Source: Alkalispirochaeta sp. (lineage in GTDB: Bacteria; Spirochaetota; Spirochaetia; DSM-27196; Alkalispirochaetaceae). Taken from it: 64,000 bases of DNA. This document shows positions 28,274 to 37,192 of the stretch, one piece after another. How positions within the stretch are numbered: the stretch's first letter is position 1; each line of letters opens with the position of its first letter. Under the pieces are notes generated by a model. That model worked only from the letters and a program-made list of their open reading frames with translations. It was not told the DNA's origin and made no database searches. The stretch is from positions 84,240-148,239 of the forward strand of contig CBDESZ010000030.1 of NCBI GenBank assembly GCA_965242725.1, written 5' to 3'. Position numbers and translations under genes: made by a program.

Positions 28274-29762
28274 AGCGTCTCCAGACGGGATCCATGAGCG
28301 TTACCAGCTCCGCAAAGCGGGCCTGCTTTTTCCGCAGCATTGCTCCCCGCTCAGGATCGGGCGTGTAGGTATCCCTGATGGAGGTCATCCCTTTCATCGC
28401 GGCGGGATATCCGTCGTACGCACCAACCCCGACGGCAGCGCAAATCGCCGCTCCCAGCGCGCCGAGTTCCGACGCCGACGAGACTTTCAGGGGCAGTCCG
28501 AAGGTGTCGGCAAACATTTGCATCCAAACGGCGCTGCGGGTGGCGCCGCCGGCAAAGCGAACGTGGTCGGGTTGTTCCGCGACGGAGAGGAGCTTGTTCA
28601 TATGCCGGGCGTGCTGAAAAACAACACCTTCGTATATACCCCGAATTATCTGCTCCCGGCTTGTACCGGCACGAATGCCGAGAAAGGTACCCGACGCATC
28701 GGCACCGAGGTCGTCACCGAAGAGATAGGGGAAGAAGGTTACCCCCGTCTCCGGCGTTTCCGCGGCGGCGGTATTGCAGAAGGCGTAACGTTCGTCCACG
28801 GGAATCTCGGGCAGGAGTTTTTCCGTGAACCATTCCAGGTTGCTCGCCGATGTGGGGCTTGCCTCGTGGACAAGGCGCTGTCCCGGTACACAGTGCTCCT
28901 GAATGACGTACCGTTCCGCCGCTGCTATCGCGCGACTCACATCGGACGAGACAAAGGCGCTTATGCCCCACGTCCCGATCGTGCCCTGTATCTGGTTGGA
29001 CGTTTCGACGCCCGTGGCGAGGGTACATGCGTTGACATCAAAGAGTCCGCCCATCACGGGAGTTCCCGCGACAAGACCGGTGGCGGCGGCGGCTTCCGCC
29101 GAGACCGTCCCTCCCCGATCGTGCGAATGGAGGATCGGCGGTATGGCGCCGTAGATTTCCCCGATACCGAGACGGTCAAGGATGTCCCGATCCACCCGGG
29201 ACTCCAGATTGTTCCAGAATCCGGTGCCGGAGATATCGGTCCGTTCCGTCGCGGCCGTACCGGTGAGGAAGAAACGCAGCATGTCCTTGGCAAGGAGTAC
29301 GGTACCGATCTTTTGATATCGCTCGGGGTGCCGTTCCTTGAGCCACACGAGAATGGGTGCCGTATGCCCCGGCCAGAAGGGCTGGAAGGTCCGAGCGTAA
29401 AAGAACTCATCGTAGTCGTCCTCGTTCATGAAGGACTCACCGAACTCCCAGCTCCGGGTATCCATCGACAGAATCCCCTCCCCCGGCGTTCCGTCCCTGT
29501 CCAGGGTATAGAGCCCCTTTCCGTGACCGGTGGTGGCGATTCCGGCGATATCGCCGGCGGAGATCGCCGCTTTTTCAAGAGACTCCCGGACGGCGGTATA
29601 GGTGAGGCTTCGCAACTCGTCAAGGTCACGCTCCGCCTGCCCCGGCTCATCGGCGATGAGCCGGGTTCTCCGTCCGGCGGTACCGACCTCATTGCCGGAG
29701 GCGTCGAAAATCGACGCCTTCACCACCGTTCCGCCGATATCGATACCCATGAAGTAGGTCAT
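28266..29762 (-). CDS. FGGY kinase, L-xylulokinase/3-keto-L-gulonate kinase-like
   Basis: GIDIGGT, TGHGKGLY, SMDTR, GGLFDV, GTWGI, SPTSASNLEWF; coupled to ulaE. Confidence 0.85.
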   Translation of the reverse strand: MTYFMGIDIGGTVVKASIFDASGNEVGTAGRRTRLIADEPGQAERDLDELRSLTYTAVRESLEKAAISAGDIAGIATTGHGKGLYTLDRDGTPGEGILSMDTRSWEFGESFMNEDDYDEFFYARTFQPFWPGHTAPILVWLKERHPERYQKIGTVLLAKDMLRFFLTGTAATERTDISGTGFWNNLESRVDRDILDRLGIGEIYGAIPPILHSHDRGGTVSAEAAAATGLVAGTPVMGGLFDVNACTLATGVETSNQIQGTIGTWGISAFVSSDVSRAIAAAERYVIQEHCVPGQRLVHEASPTSASNLEWFTEKLLPEIPVDERYAFCNTAAAETPETGVTFFPYLFGDDLGADASGTFLGIRAGTSREQIIRGIYEGVVFQHARHMNKLLSVAEQPDHVRFAGGATRSAVWMQMFADTFGLPLKVSSASELGALGAAICAAVGVGAYDGYPAAMKGMTSIRDTYTPDPERGAMLRKKQARFAELVTLMDPVWRRYA

Positions 29763-29773
29763 GCTCGACTCCT

Positions 29774-30979
29774 TTACAGCCCGTTACTCAGCTGTTCCCG
29801 GGCATTGTCGGGACCAAAATGCTTCAGGATCACCATCGGTTCGTGGAGGCTGCGGTTGTGGATGCGCACCCCTGACGTCGCCGCCGGATAGGTCACAAAG
29901 AACTCGTCCGAACTCATCTGTCCGAATCGAAGCATCGTCGCCGATTCGGCCTGTACGTCGTTGATTGTTCCGTACCCCTGTATGACAATCGCGCCATATG
30001 CGGCGGGATCCTTCACGGTCACCGTCGTGTTCGGCGGAACCGTCAGTTCCGTCGCGGAGAAGTATTCATTTCCGTAGACGATCCACCGCTCGGTGAAATC
30101 GGGACCCTTTTCCTCATCCGTGATGGGCGGCCGGAAATAATGACGACGGTAGTCGGGATCGACATTCCTGTCCCAGTCCAGAAGGCTCATGATGTAGTCC
30201 ATATCCCGTTTTTTGTCGTCCGGACAGCTTTCGACGAGAAAATCCCAGGGGTATATCTCACCGGCAACGATGTTCTCGTGGACTGAGTTTACGTCGGCGT
30301 TCCACTGCGGTTCATAGGTCAGGTAACTTCCCGGCGCATGAGCGACTCCGGGTGGCGTGTACCAGCCGGTGCCGAGCTGAAGGCGAAACGCCCTGGAGAG
30401 CTCGGTAATCCGGTTGTCTCCCTTTTCGAACATCTCCAGACGACGCCGCACTTCATCTCTGGTTACGCTCATGTCGTACCCGAAGTAGGTGTGGGGGAAG
30501 GTGCCTGGATGGTTGTTGAGCTGGGGCGGGAAAAAGTACGCCTCGGGTTTTCCAAGAAGGTTGATCGTTTCGGCATCCGCAAAGGAGAGATGCAGGTGGT
30601 GAAAGAGAGCGTCATTGTAGTCAAAGAACTTTGAGTACATCGGCCAGCCGCCGTGTTCCTTCAGAAGCCGTTCACCGATGAGATCGGCTTTCCCTTCCGC
30701 GACGACGTCCCGGAAGAGGACCCGTTTTTTTGCCTGATCATCAACGGCGACGTAACTCAGCCCTTCGTTTTCGGGAGCAAGGGGGCCGTTGTTGGCGGGG
30801 ATCGTCGCGGTAAACCACCTTTCCTTCATCGCTCCCCGCTGCATTCCCAGAGCGAAATAATCGTCGGGATGGAGTCGAAGGCGGCGACCCGCCACGCCGT
30901 TGCGCCGGGGTACGAAGGTAGGGACCATACGCAGGACACCGCTTTTCCGGTTGAGTACTGCTTCGATTTCGTTATTCAT
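29774..30979 (-). CDS. Uncharacterised cupin protein, type I phosphomannose-isomerase-like (paralog B)
   Basis: ERWF, SKFFDYNDALFHHLH, GKPEAYFFP, AHAPGSYLTYEPQ; collinear with 26096-27298. Confidence 0.75.
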   Translation of the reverse strand: MNNEIEAVLNRKSGVLRMVPTFVPRRNGVAGRRLRLHPDDYFALGMQRGAMKERWFTATIPANNGPLAPENEGLSYVAVDDQAKKRVLFRDVVAEGKADLIGERLLKEHGGWPMYSKFFDYNDALFHHLHLSFADAETINLLGKPEAYFFPPQLNNHPGTFPHTYFGYDMSVTRDEVRRRLEMFEKGDNRITELSRAFRLQLGTGWYTPPGVAHAPGSYLTYEPQWNADVNSVHENIVAGEIYPWDFLVESCPDDKKRDMDYIMSLLDWDRNVDPDYRRHYFRPPITDEEKGPDFTERWIVYGNEYFSATELTVPPNTTVTVKDPAAYGAIVIQGYGTINDVQAESATMLRFGQMSSDEFFVTYPAATSGVRIHNRSLHEPMVILKHFGPDNAREQLSNGL

Positions 30980-31006
30980 ATTCTCTCCTCCAAATAAAAA
31001 GTATTT

Positions 31007-32014
31007 CTATGTAAGATTTCTGAAGCTTTCGCGAATCACGATACTCGTGGGTATTTGAACGAGCGTTTCCGGCGGTGCGTAGGTCGGATCCTCCAGCTGT
31101 TCATGGATTATGTAAAATGCGCGCCGACAGAACTCTTCAAAGGACTGATCCACCGTGGTCAGTGACGGGGTAACCATTTTTGCGATCGGAACGTTGTCCA
31201 TTCCCACGAGGGAAACGTCTTCGGGCACCCGTATTCCCTCCCGGGAAAAGACGTTGAGAATACCGATTGCCATCATGTCCGACTGCGCCCAGATCGCCGT
31301 CGGCAGAGGGTCGAGCCGGGCAAAGGCCTTCCCCGCTTCCAGCCCGCCGGCGTATTCAAAATCCCCTTCCACATGGCAGGCGGCGGGCACTTCAATACCC
31401 GCCTCGGCGAGGGTATCCAGAAATCCCCTGTCCCGCTCACGGACGAGCTTTATGTTCTGTGGTCCCGTCACCGTGGCAATCGACCGATGACCGCCGTTGA
31501 GAAACATGGTTGCAACCATTTTCCCGGCGCCGTAATTGTTTGACTCTATGGAGGGGATCGTTTCGTGTTCAATGCCGCGGTCGATCACGACTATCGGCAA
31601 CCCCCGTTCCTCGATGCGGTCCGGCAGATGGCTCGCATCGGAGACGCGGGAAAAGATGATTGCATCGACGTGACGGGACAGGAGGTCCTGGATGAATGCC
31701 CGTTCCCGTTCCGGGTCGTCTCCGGTATTTCCGATGATGAGGCCATATCCCATTTTTGCCGCTTCTTTCTCGGCGTAGTGGATGATCGTGGAAAAGGTGT
31801 CGTGGACGATTTTGGGCAGGGCCAGCCCGACCAGTTGTCCACTCCGGGAACGCAGACTGCGGGCGTTGAGATTGGGCCGATATCCGGTCTGCCCGATCGC
31901 ATCGAGCACCCGCTGGCGAGTTGAAGGTTCAACATTGGCGCTGCCGCTTACAACCCGGGAAACCGTTGAGATGGAGACGCCCGCCAGTTTGGCTACGTCA
32001 CGAATCGACGCCAT
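31007..32014 (-). CDS. LacI family transcriptional regulator
   Basis: SIRDVAKLAGVSISTVSRV HTH, YRPNLNARSL hinge, sugar-binding domain. Confidence 0.95.
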   Translation of the reverse strand: MASIRDVAKLAGVSISTVSRVVSGSANVEPSTRQRVLDAIGQTGYRPNLNARSLRSRSGQLVGLALPKIVHDTFSTIIHYAEKEAAKMGYGLIIGNTGDDPERERAFIQDLLSRHVDAIIFSRVSDASHLPDRIEERGLPIVVIDRGIEHETIPSIESNNYGAGKMVATMFLNGGHRSIATVTGPQNIKLVRERDRGFLDTLAEAGIEVPAACHVEGDFEYAGGLEAGKAFARLDPLPTAIWAQSDMMAIGILNVFSREGIRVPEDVSLVGMDNVPIAKMVTPSLTTVDQSFEEFCRRAFYIIHEQLEDPTYAPPETLVQIPTSIVIRESFRNLT

Positions 32015-32036
32015 GGAAAACTCCTGAGAACGACGT

Positions 32037-32050
32037 TGACAACGTTTTCA
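32037..32050. promoter_or_regulatory. LacI-type operator (autoregulatory)
   Basis: TGACAACGTTTTCA matches TGnAAnCGnTTnCA, about 23 nt upstream of the lacI start. Confidence 0.7.
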
Positions 32051-32152
32051 TCCTTCGAGAATACCATAAATACGAGAATTGACAAGGGTGAAAGGAAAAA
32101 GCGCACTACTCCGATTTGCAGGAACTGCATTTCTCGGCATACCATAATGAGT

Positions 32153-33301
32153 ATGGATACAGGGACCACACAAATCATCGACGGACAGGAATCATGGACC
32201 ATCGCGACCGGCGCGGTATCGGCGGCAGTCACCGTGAACGGCGGAATGATCGCACCGGTCACCTTTACGCTTCACGACGGCAGGGGTGTCAGACCGTACT
32301 ACGTCAATCCGTGGAAAGATGAAGCGGGTACGCGGGACGGCTCGATCGAACCTCCCGTGCTTCGTCCACTCAGGGGCGACTTCCTTTGCCTCCCCTTCGG
32401 TGCGAACAATGCCGCAGGCAGTGAGGACCACCTGCCCCACGGCGAGTCCGCCTGGGCGGCATGGAATCTCGCCGAATCCTATGATGACGGACTCACCCTT
32501 GAAATGAAGTACACGGCGTGCTCCGGTACCGTGCGGCGGAATATACAGATCGGTACCGACGCTCCATGGATTCTCAGTCGCCATGAAATTACCGGTTTCT
32601 CCGGAGCGTATCCATTGGGAATGCACGCCATTCTCCACGGCGGCGAGAACGGGGCGATCTGGACGATTCAGACCAAGGCGTTCGACTTCGGCATGGTCGA
32701 CCCCGAGTTCATACCGCCCTACGCAGACGGCGAGTATACCTCTCTCGCGCCGGGAGCGTTTTTCAACGATCTCAGAGAGATTCCGACGCGATGGAAAGAC
32801 CCTCAAACGGCGGACTGTTCTCAATTTCCCGCACGTCGCGGATTTGTGGACATAATCGCTCTTTTTCGCCGCGCCGAAAGCGGGATTGCCTGGACGGTTG
32901 CAATCAACAATGAAGAAAATTACCTGTGGTATTCACTCAAGGACGCCTCTGTGTTGCCGGCGACGGTACTCTGGATGGAGGACAGCGGTCGCTACGGTGC
33001 TCCCTGGTCGGGACGGAACAGCTGCATCGGTATCGAGGAGACCTGTTCTTTCCTCTCAACCGGCCGGGCAGGCTCCATTCGTGGTAATGCAGTGAATCGA
33101 CGGGGTATTCCCACTACGATCAACCTCTCGAAGGAAGATCCGACGGTGGTTTCCACCCTTCAGGGCGTTCTCCCGTTGGAGAACGTTGATATCTCGGTCG
33201 TCGATCTCGTCCGGGATGCGGGGCCGTCCGGGAACGGGTGGGCCTTTCTCCTATCCGACGGCAGGAAACTACCCCTGAACGCACCGGTGGACAGCTTGTG
33301 A
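32153..33301 (+). CDS. Hypothetical protein, possibly galactose-mutarotase-like fold
   Basis: LRGDFLCLPFG, PHGE, GMHAIL, CIGIEE motifs; divergent from lacI; stop codon is the first triplet of the IS inverted repeat. Confidence 0.7.
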   Translation: MDTGTTQIIDGQESWTIATGAVSAAVTVNGGMIAPVTFTLHDGRGVRPYYVNPWKDEAGTRDGSIEPPVLRPLRGDFLCLPFGANNAAGSEDHLPHGESAWAAWNLAESYDDGLTLEMKYTACSGTVRRNIQIGTDAPWILSRHEITGFSGAYPLGMHAILHGGENGAIWTIQTKAFDFGMVDPEFIPPYADGEYTSLAPGAFFNDLREIPTRWKDPQTADCSQFPARRGFVDIIALFRRAESGIAWTVAINNEENYLWYSLKDASVLPATVLWMEDSGRYGAPWSGRNSCIGIEETCSFLSTGRAGSIRGNAVNRRGIPTTINLSKEDPTVVSTLQGVLPLENVDISVVDLVRDAGPSGNGWAFLLSDGRKLPLNAPVDSL

Positions 33302-34587
33302 AGTACTCACAACCCTGTTGATACGGCCGCCAGGAGATCCCGGGCCGCATACCTGGGTACCCTGACGGTCGTACCTTTCTGCCCCTTCTTCCACCGCACC
33401 GGCGGCGTCGCGACCTGTGCAAGAAAGACCTCCCGGATCGAGTCCGGTATCGCCTGCCGGGTCACCCGGTATCGTCGGGTATAGAACCGTTCATTCAACC
33501 CGCGGATCAATTCCGACGAGATCCCCGCCGCAGAGGCGTGACTTCCCATCTCTGCCCGCTTCTCCCGCCACGGCCGCACGCAGTTATGGTTCCACCCGAA
33601 TACCCACGCCCGATGCATCTGGATCGTTCCATGACGCCCGAAGGCGATCGTCTCCCGGGTATGTTCCTTCTCCCGGTGCCGCAACAGCCGGTCAACATAG
33701 TTTACCGGAAACAACCGGTTCTCCATCGTCCGCGGGGCACTCCCCGCGGTCCGGATATGCGTCAGCTGCCCCGCCGACCGGAGATGCCGGTAACAGTCGT
33801 TCGACCGGAGAACCGATCGATACACCGGGTGTTCGTCGGTGTCGATAACAATCGGTGCCGTGCAGGTATATCGGACATAGTCGAGTATTTCACGACACAA
33901 CAGAGAGATAGCGCTCCCCACCGCCCCCTTCGTCGGGGACCATACGGCGTACTTTCGCCGCCGTCGTCGCCGTTGTCGGGATGTCATGGTACCGCCCCGA
34001 CGGGTGATGGTATGGGTCATAGTCAGGATCATCTCACCGGTTCGACTGACCACCGTGGTGATATCGCAGGGGTAGTCCTGGGAGGTCACGAATGACCGCA
34101 GGCCGTCGAAGACGACATTCCGGAGGGGTGGCATGGTATCCAGCAGATGGATATGCCCGATCATTGCCTGACGACCGAGGCGCAGAACGGCGTTTCGTAT
34201 CGCTGCCGGAGAGACGTGGTAGCGGGTCGCCGCTTCGCGCATGGAGGCGCCGCCGGTGAGGGTGGTGGAGATCGCCTTGAGGGGGAGGCGTCGTTTGGCG
34301 TAGTAGTGCATGGATTCGGTCTGATCACTGAAGGTCTTGCCGCAGGCGATACAGCGATAGCGCGGGACGGTTCCGTGGGCCACTGTATCGTAGGAGCCGA
34401 AGCGGACGCGCCAACGGGGCGGCGGATGGTGGAAATGGCGACAGGCAGGATTGGAACAATGGGTCGGAATGGGCATGAGGGATACCTCCGGGGGACGGAT
34501 CGGGAACCCGCAAAGTTGGGTTCCCGTCATAACTCCCTACACACCAATGACTACTGTCACTTTTTCAACACGCTTGTGAATACTTCA
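33299..34587 (-). mobile_element. IS1-like insertion sequence (1289 bp) with 23-bp imperfect terminal inverted repeats
   Basis: TGAAGTACTCACAACCCTGTTGA (33299-33321) and TCAACACGCTTGTGAATACTTCA (34565-34587) match 20/23 as inverted repeats and flank a single transposase-like ORF. Confidence 0.75.
33307..34476 (-). CDS. IS1-family-like transposase (Zn ribbon + HTH + RNase H-like domain)
   Basis: CSNPAC...RYRCIACGKTFS, SMREAATRYHVS HTH, VVFDG and IDTDEHPVY acidic motifs; GGAGG RBS before ATG 34476 (alternative 34530). Confidence 0.75.
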   Translation of the reverse strand: MPIPTHCSNPACRHFHHPPPRWRVRFGSYDTVAHGTVPRYRCIACGKTFSDQTESMHYYAKRRLPLKAISTTLTGGASMREAATRYHVSPAAIRNAVLRLGRQAMIGHIHLLDTMPPLRNVVFDGLRSFVTSQDYPCDITTVVSRTGEMILTMTHTITRRGGTMTSRQRRRRRRKYAVWSPTKGAVGSAISLLCREILDYVRYTCTAPIVIDTDEHPVYRSVLRSNDCYRHLRSAGQLTHIRTAGSAPRTMENRLFPVNYVDRLLRHREKEHTRETIAFGRHGTIQMHRAWVFGWNHNCVRPWREKRAEMGSHASAAGISSELIRGLNERFYTRRYRVTRQAIPDSIREVFLAQVATPPVRWKKGQKGTTVRVPRYAARDLLAAVSTGL

Positions 34588-34590
34588 AAC

Positions 34591-35025
34591 TTACTCCACC
34601 ACCCCTTTCTTCAGGATGACGTTGGCGTAGAGCGCCGATTCGCCAGTTGCAAGAATGGCGAATGCCTTTTGGGAGCGCTCGTAAAATGCAAAGCGTTCAA
34701 CCATGTCAAACCCTTCCGCAATCCTGGCCGGCTGATGTCGCGTTACGATTTCCCGATAGCGGTCCCAGACGGTGGGCACCGTCTTGTCGCCGGGAACCAC
34801 TTCCATAAGGGCAACCGGCTTGGGTACAAACCTGTCGAGGGGGAAAAGGGGCAGAATCGCCTCAAGCAGATCGGCGACTCCATGTCCATCCGCACGGATC
34901 AATCGAGCGGCCATTGAAGCGGCGGGGAAATTGCCGTCTCCGATCACCAGTTCGTCGCCATGTCCCATTTCAGCAATCACCTTCAACAGCTCCGGGCTGA
35001 GCAGCGGAGAAATTCCTGTGAGCAT
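34591..35025 (-). CDS. fucU: RbsD/FucU family mutarotase (copy 1)
   Basis: EMGHGDELVIGDGNFP, ERFAFYER, YANVILKKGV. Confidence 0.9.
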   Translation of the reverse strand: MLTGISPLLSPELLKVIAEMGHGDELVIGDGNFPAASMAARLIRADGHGVADLLEAILPLFPLDRFVPKPVALMEVVPGDKTVPTVWDRYREIVTRHQPARIAEGFDMVERFAFYERSQKAFAILATGESALYANVILKKGVVE

Positions 35026-35046
35026 CGTTACCTCCTGTCGGATCGT

Positions 35047-35895
35047 TTAACCGAAAATTTTTTCCAAAGCGGCACGCATGACCGTCGGGTCGGGGTCGAC
35101 ACCGGTCCAGTACTGAATGCCGATTCTTCCCTGGTTTATCAACATGCCCAGTCCATCTATGGTCGTACATCCCGCAGCTTTTGCCCGTTGCAGAAACGGC
35201 GTGCGCGGCGGGTTGGGAATGACGTCGGCTACGATCGTTTCCCGGGAGAGCGAATCAAAGTCGACGGGGGCGCATCCATCCACATCGGGATACAGTCCCA
35301 GGGAGGTTGCATTAATGAGCACGTCCACGCCGTCTGGTAGAGGAATCGGATCGGACCACTCTTTTCCCTCTACCTTCACACTGAGACGGGAAGTGAGATG
35401 GTTCACCAACTCCTGAAGACGGTGGGGATCCCGATTGACGATTGTCAGTTTTGAAACACCCGCGAGGGCGAGTTCCACGGCGATCGCCCGGGACGCGCCG
35501 CCGGCGCCGATGATCATCGCGTGCCTGCCCTTTGGATCGGTCAATTCCCGAAGAGATTCAAGAAAGCCGCGACCGTCTGTGTTTTCGCCGATAAGTGACG
35601 AATCGCGGCGGACGACACAATTGACGGCGCCGATCAATTCGGCGGACTCTCCCAGACCGTCGAGGTGGGGTATTACCGATACTTTGTGAGGAATGGTGAG
35701 GTTGAAACCGCCGAAACCCATTGCTCGCGCGCCCTCTACTGCCGCCTTGAGCTCGTCCGGTACCACTTCAATCGTCAAATATCGCCAGTCCAGGTTGTGG
35801 TGCCGATAGGCAGCTTCCACCATGACCTGTGTGGGATTTTCCGCAACGGGATGCCCGAAGACGGCGGTGAGTCCCTGTTTGAAATTCAGTTCCAT
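35047..35895 (-). CDS. aroE: Shikimate/quinate dehydrogenase family protein
   Basis: FNLTIPHK, GAVNC, GENTDG, GAGGASRA, INATSLG, DGLGMLINQ; AAGGAG RBS before ATG 35895. Confidence 0.82.
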   Translation of the reverse strand: MELNFKQGLTAVFGHPVAENPTQVMVEAAYRHHNLDWRYLTIEVVPDELKAAVEGARAMGFGGFNLTIPHKVSVIPHLDGLGESAELIGAVNCVVRRDSSLIGENTDGRGFLESLRELTDPKGRHAMIIGAGGASRAIAVELALAGVSKLTIVNRDPHRLQELVNHLTSRLSVKVEGKEWSDPIPLPDGVDVLINATSLGLYPDVDGCAPVDFDSLSRETIVADVIPNPPRTPFLQRAKAAGCTTIDGLGMLINQGRIGIQYWTGVDPDPTVMRAALEKIFG

Positions 35896-35905
35896 ATGTC
35901 GCTCC

Positions 35906-37048
35906 TTATCGCTGTGTTTTGTCCGACGGCCAGTCCAGCCAGGTGCCGCCTTCAACGCCGCTGCGTATGACCAGATCGGAAAAGATCATACCCGTCACTC
36001 CGTCTGCGATACCGGGTACGTTGGGAACGTCGGTTTCCCGCACCCCCTTGCGGATGCTTTCGAAGGTATCGGCGTAAATATTGGCAAATGCCTCAATGAG
36101 TCCTTCCGGATGACCTGGAGGCAGACGAAATCGGTAATTCGATGCACCCGATGCGACGGTCATACCTGAATCGTACACGACCTGAGATAGGTCCCGGTTC
36201 CTGATTGTCAACTGGTTTGGTTGCTCCTGCCGCCATTCAAGTGACGCCTTCTCGCCGTATATGCGTATTTTCAGGGCGTTCCGTTCACCCGTCGCGACCT
36301 GGGAGGCAAGAAACACGGCATCCACACCGCCCTCCAGCTCCGCCATCACCGTCATGTCGTCATCCAGCTCGTTCGCCTCCAGATAGGTCCTGGTCCGTGC
36401 GGACAGACGCCGAATGGATCGGCCGGTGATGTACCGGGAGAGATTTTCCGCGTGTGTGCCGATGTCGGCAGTGGTACATGCGATACCGCTGACCGCCCGC
36501 TGTGTCCTCCACGGCATCTGTGACCGGTCTGTCACGCCATGGTACGCACTGAGCCATCCCTGCAGATACTCCACCACCACTTTGTACACCCGTCCAAGTT
36601 TCCCCTCAGCGACCAGATCGCGGGCCTGACGAACCATTGGATATCCGGTGTACGCGTGGGTGACTGCAAACGGTCGTTTTCCCCGGTGCACAAGCTCTGC
36701 CAGCTTCAACGCTTCTTCCACCGTTGCCGTCAAAGGCTTGTCGGCGACAACGGGAATGCCCGCGTTCACAAAAGGAACGATTTGCTCATAGTGAGCGTTG
36801 TTGGGGGTCATGACGGAGACCCAGTCCAGCTCAGTCTGGGCAAGAAGCTCTTCCACGGATGCGTAACACCTCTCCGCCGGAACTCCGTGGAGCGCGCCGG
36901 ATTCCTCGTTCCGACGGGCATCGCGGGAAAACACGCCCGCTACTATCTCTGTGTTCCCATCCATCGCGATGGCGGTGGTGTGGACCGAACCTATGAGAGA
37001 TCCAATACCGCCGCCGATCACCGCTCCACGCAACCGTCTTCCGGTCAT
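35906..37048 (-). CDS. Gfo/Idh/MocA family oxidoreductase
   Basis: IGGGIGSLIG..H, TPNNAH, DKPL, YTGYPMV, YLQGWL, DIGTH, PPGHPEG. Confidence 0.9.
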   Translation of the reverse strand: MTGRRLRGAVIGGGIGSLIGSVHTTAIAMDGNTEIVAGVFSRDARRNEESGALHGVPAERCYASVEELLAQTELDWVSVMTPNNAHYEQIVPFVNAGIPVVADKPLTATVEEALKLAELVHRGKRPFAVTHAYTGYPMVRQARDLVAEGKLGRVYKVVVEYLQGWLSAYHGVTDRSQMPWRTQRAVSGIACTTADIGTHAENLSRYITGRSIRRLSARTRTYLEANELDDDMTVMAELEGGVDAVFLASQVATGERNALKIRIYGEKASLEWRQEQPNQLTIRNRDLSQVVYDSGMTVASGASNYRFRLPPGHPEGLIEAFANIYADTFESIRKGVRETDVPNVPGIADGVTGMIFSDLVIRSGVEGGTWLDWPSDKTQR

Positions 37049-37071
37049 GAATTCGTACCCCCAATCGTTTC

Positions 37072-37085
37072 TGAAATCGATTACA
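37072..37085. promoter_or_regulatory. LacI-type operator in a divergent promoter region
   Basis: TGAAATCGATTACA near-perfect TGnAAnCGnTTnCA palindrome. Confidence 0.7.
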
Positions 37086-37192
37086 GTTAATACGTAGTAT
37101 GGTAATTTCGAATATCCCCGTTGTCAAAGGGTACCTGGGCTCCGATGACGGGGACGGTGAGCATCCTGTACAATCCACTGCGGAGGATACAC

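Noticed and set aside
28257..29891. 544-aa plus-strand ORF
   Set aside because: Antisense to the FGGY kinase; Arg/Gly-rich shadow composition
33294..34580. GCTTGTGAA direct repeat at both IS ends as a target-site duplication
   Set aside because: Arises from the internal palindromy of the inverted repeats; the right copy lies inside the element
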